From positions 1 to 24,382 of the forward strand of contig JBNKTL010000059.1 of assembly GCA_050298055.1 (NCBI GenBank): a stretch of DNA of 24,382 nt, given 5' to 3'. This DNA comes from Spirochaetota bacterium. Lineage in GTDB: Bacteria; Spirochaetota; UBA4802; UBA5550. The notes under the pieces were generated by a model, which did not search any database, had not been told where the DNA came from, and saw nothing but the letters and a program-made list of their open reading frames with translations. This document shows, piece by piece, positions 24,236 through 24,382 of this stretch; the stretch's first letter is position 1; each line of letters opens with the position of its first letter. Position numbers and translations under genes: made by a program.

Positions 24236-24382
24236 ATCGAGTAGGAGGTGAGTGATTATTTCACTCACCGTCCTCTCACACCACCGTATGTACCGTTCGG
24301 TATATGGCGGTTCATTAAGCACAATGTACTTTCCTGTACTGTTTTAACAGACTCTTATATCCCTTTTCTTCAAGAAATTTAT
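24236..24382 (-). mobile_element. Group II intron (class IIC), 3' end: domains V and VI; truncated by the window edge
   Basis: Minus strand GAACCGCCATATACCGAACGGTACATACGGTGGTGTGAGAGG (short DV with CGC triad), then ACGGTGAGTGAAATAATCACTCACCTCCTACTCGAT (DVI, bulged A, AY end). Confidence 0.93.
24315..24382 (-). CDS. ltrA: C-terminal fragment of the intron-encoded reverse transcriptase/maturase
   Basis: Reads ...KFLEEKGYKSLLKQYRKVHCA-stop, ending 1 nt before domain V; no endonuclease domain, as typical for class C. Confidence 0.75.
   Translation of the reverse strand, partial: KFLEEKGYKSLLKQYRKVHCA

Overview
24.4 kb chromosomal segment, most likely from an anaerobic or facultative spirochaete (two Leptospira-like periplasmic flagellins, spirochaetal-style lipoproteins, a W/Mo aldehyde:ferredoxin oxidoreductase). 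It contains: (1) a minus-strand operon encoding a beta-CASP metallo-beta-lactamase RNase, MoeA, a ThiI/MnmA-like PP-loop enzyme and PurN; (2) a motility block with a degenerate HD-GYP protein, an Arg-repeat membrane protein, a 2x[4Fe-4S] domain, tandem flaB genes with sigma28 promoter and CsrA-type leader hairpins, and an apparently leaderless sigma28-driven small gene; (3) an aconitase followed by a nucleotidyltransferase and an unannotated 58-aa partner; (4) a tight four-gene operon (AOR, Fe-ADH, GlnA4-type gamma-glutamyl ligase, class I amidotransferase) that I read as an anaerobic, ferredoxin-linked gamma-glutamylation route for ethanolamine or a related amino alcohol; (5) accessory surface proteins, one frameshifted; (6) a TlpA-like redoxin and the 3' end of a class IIC group II intron at the right edge. 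Six copies plus a solo end of an undescribed-looking ~140 bp MITE-like element with a central 16-bp GC hairpin occupy the intergenic spaces. All product calls are from motif recognition by eye; no searches were run.
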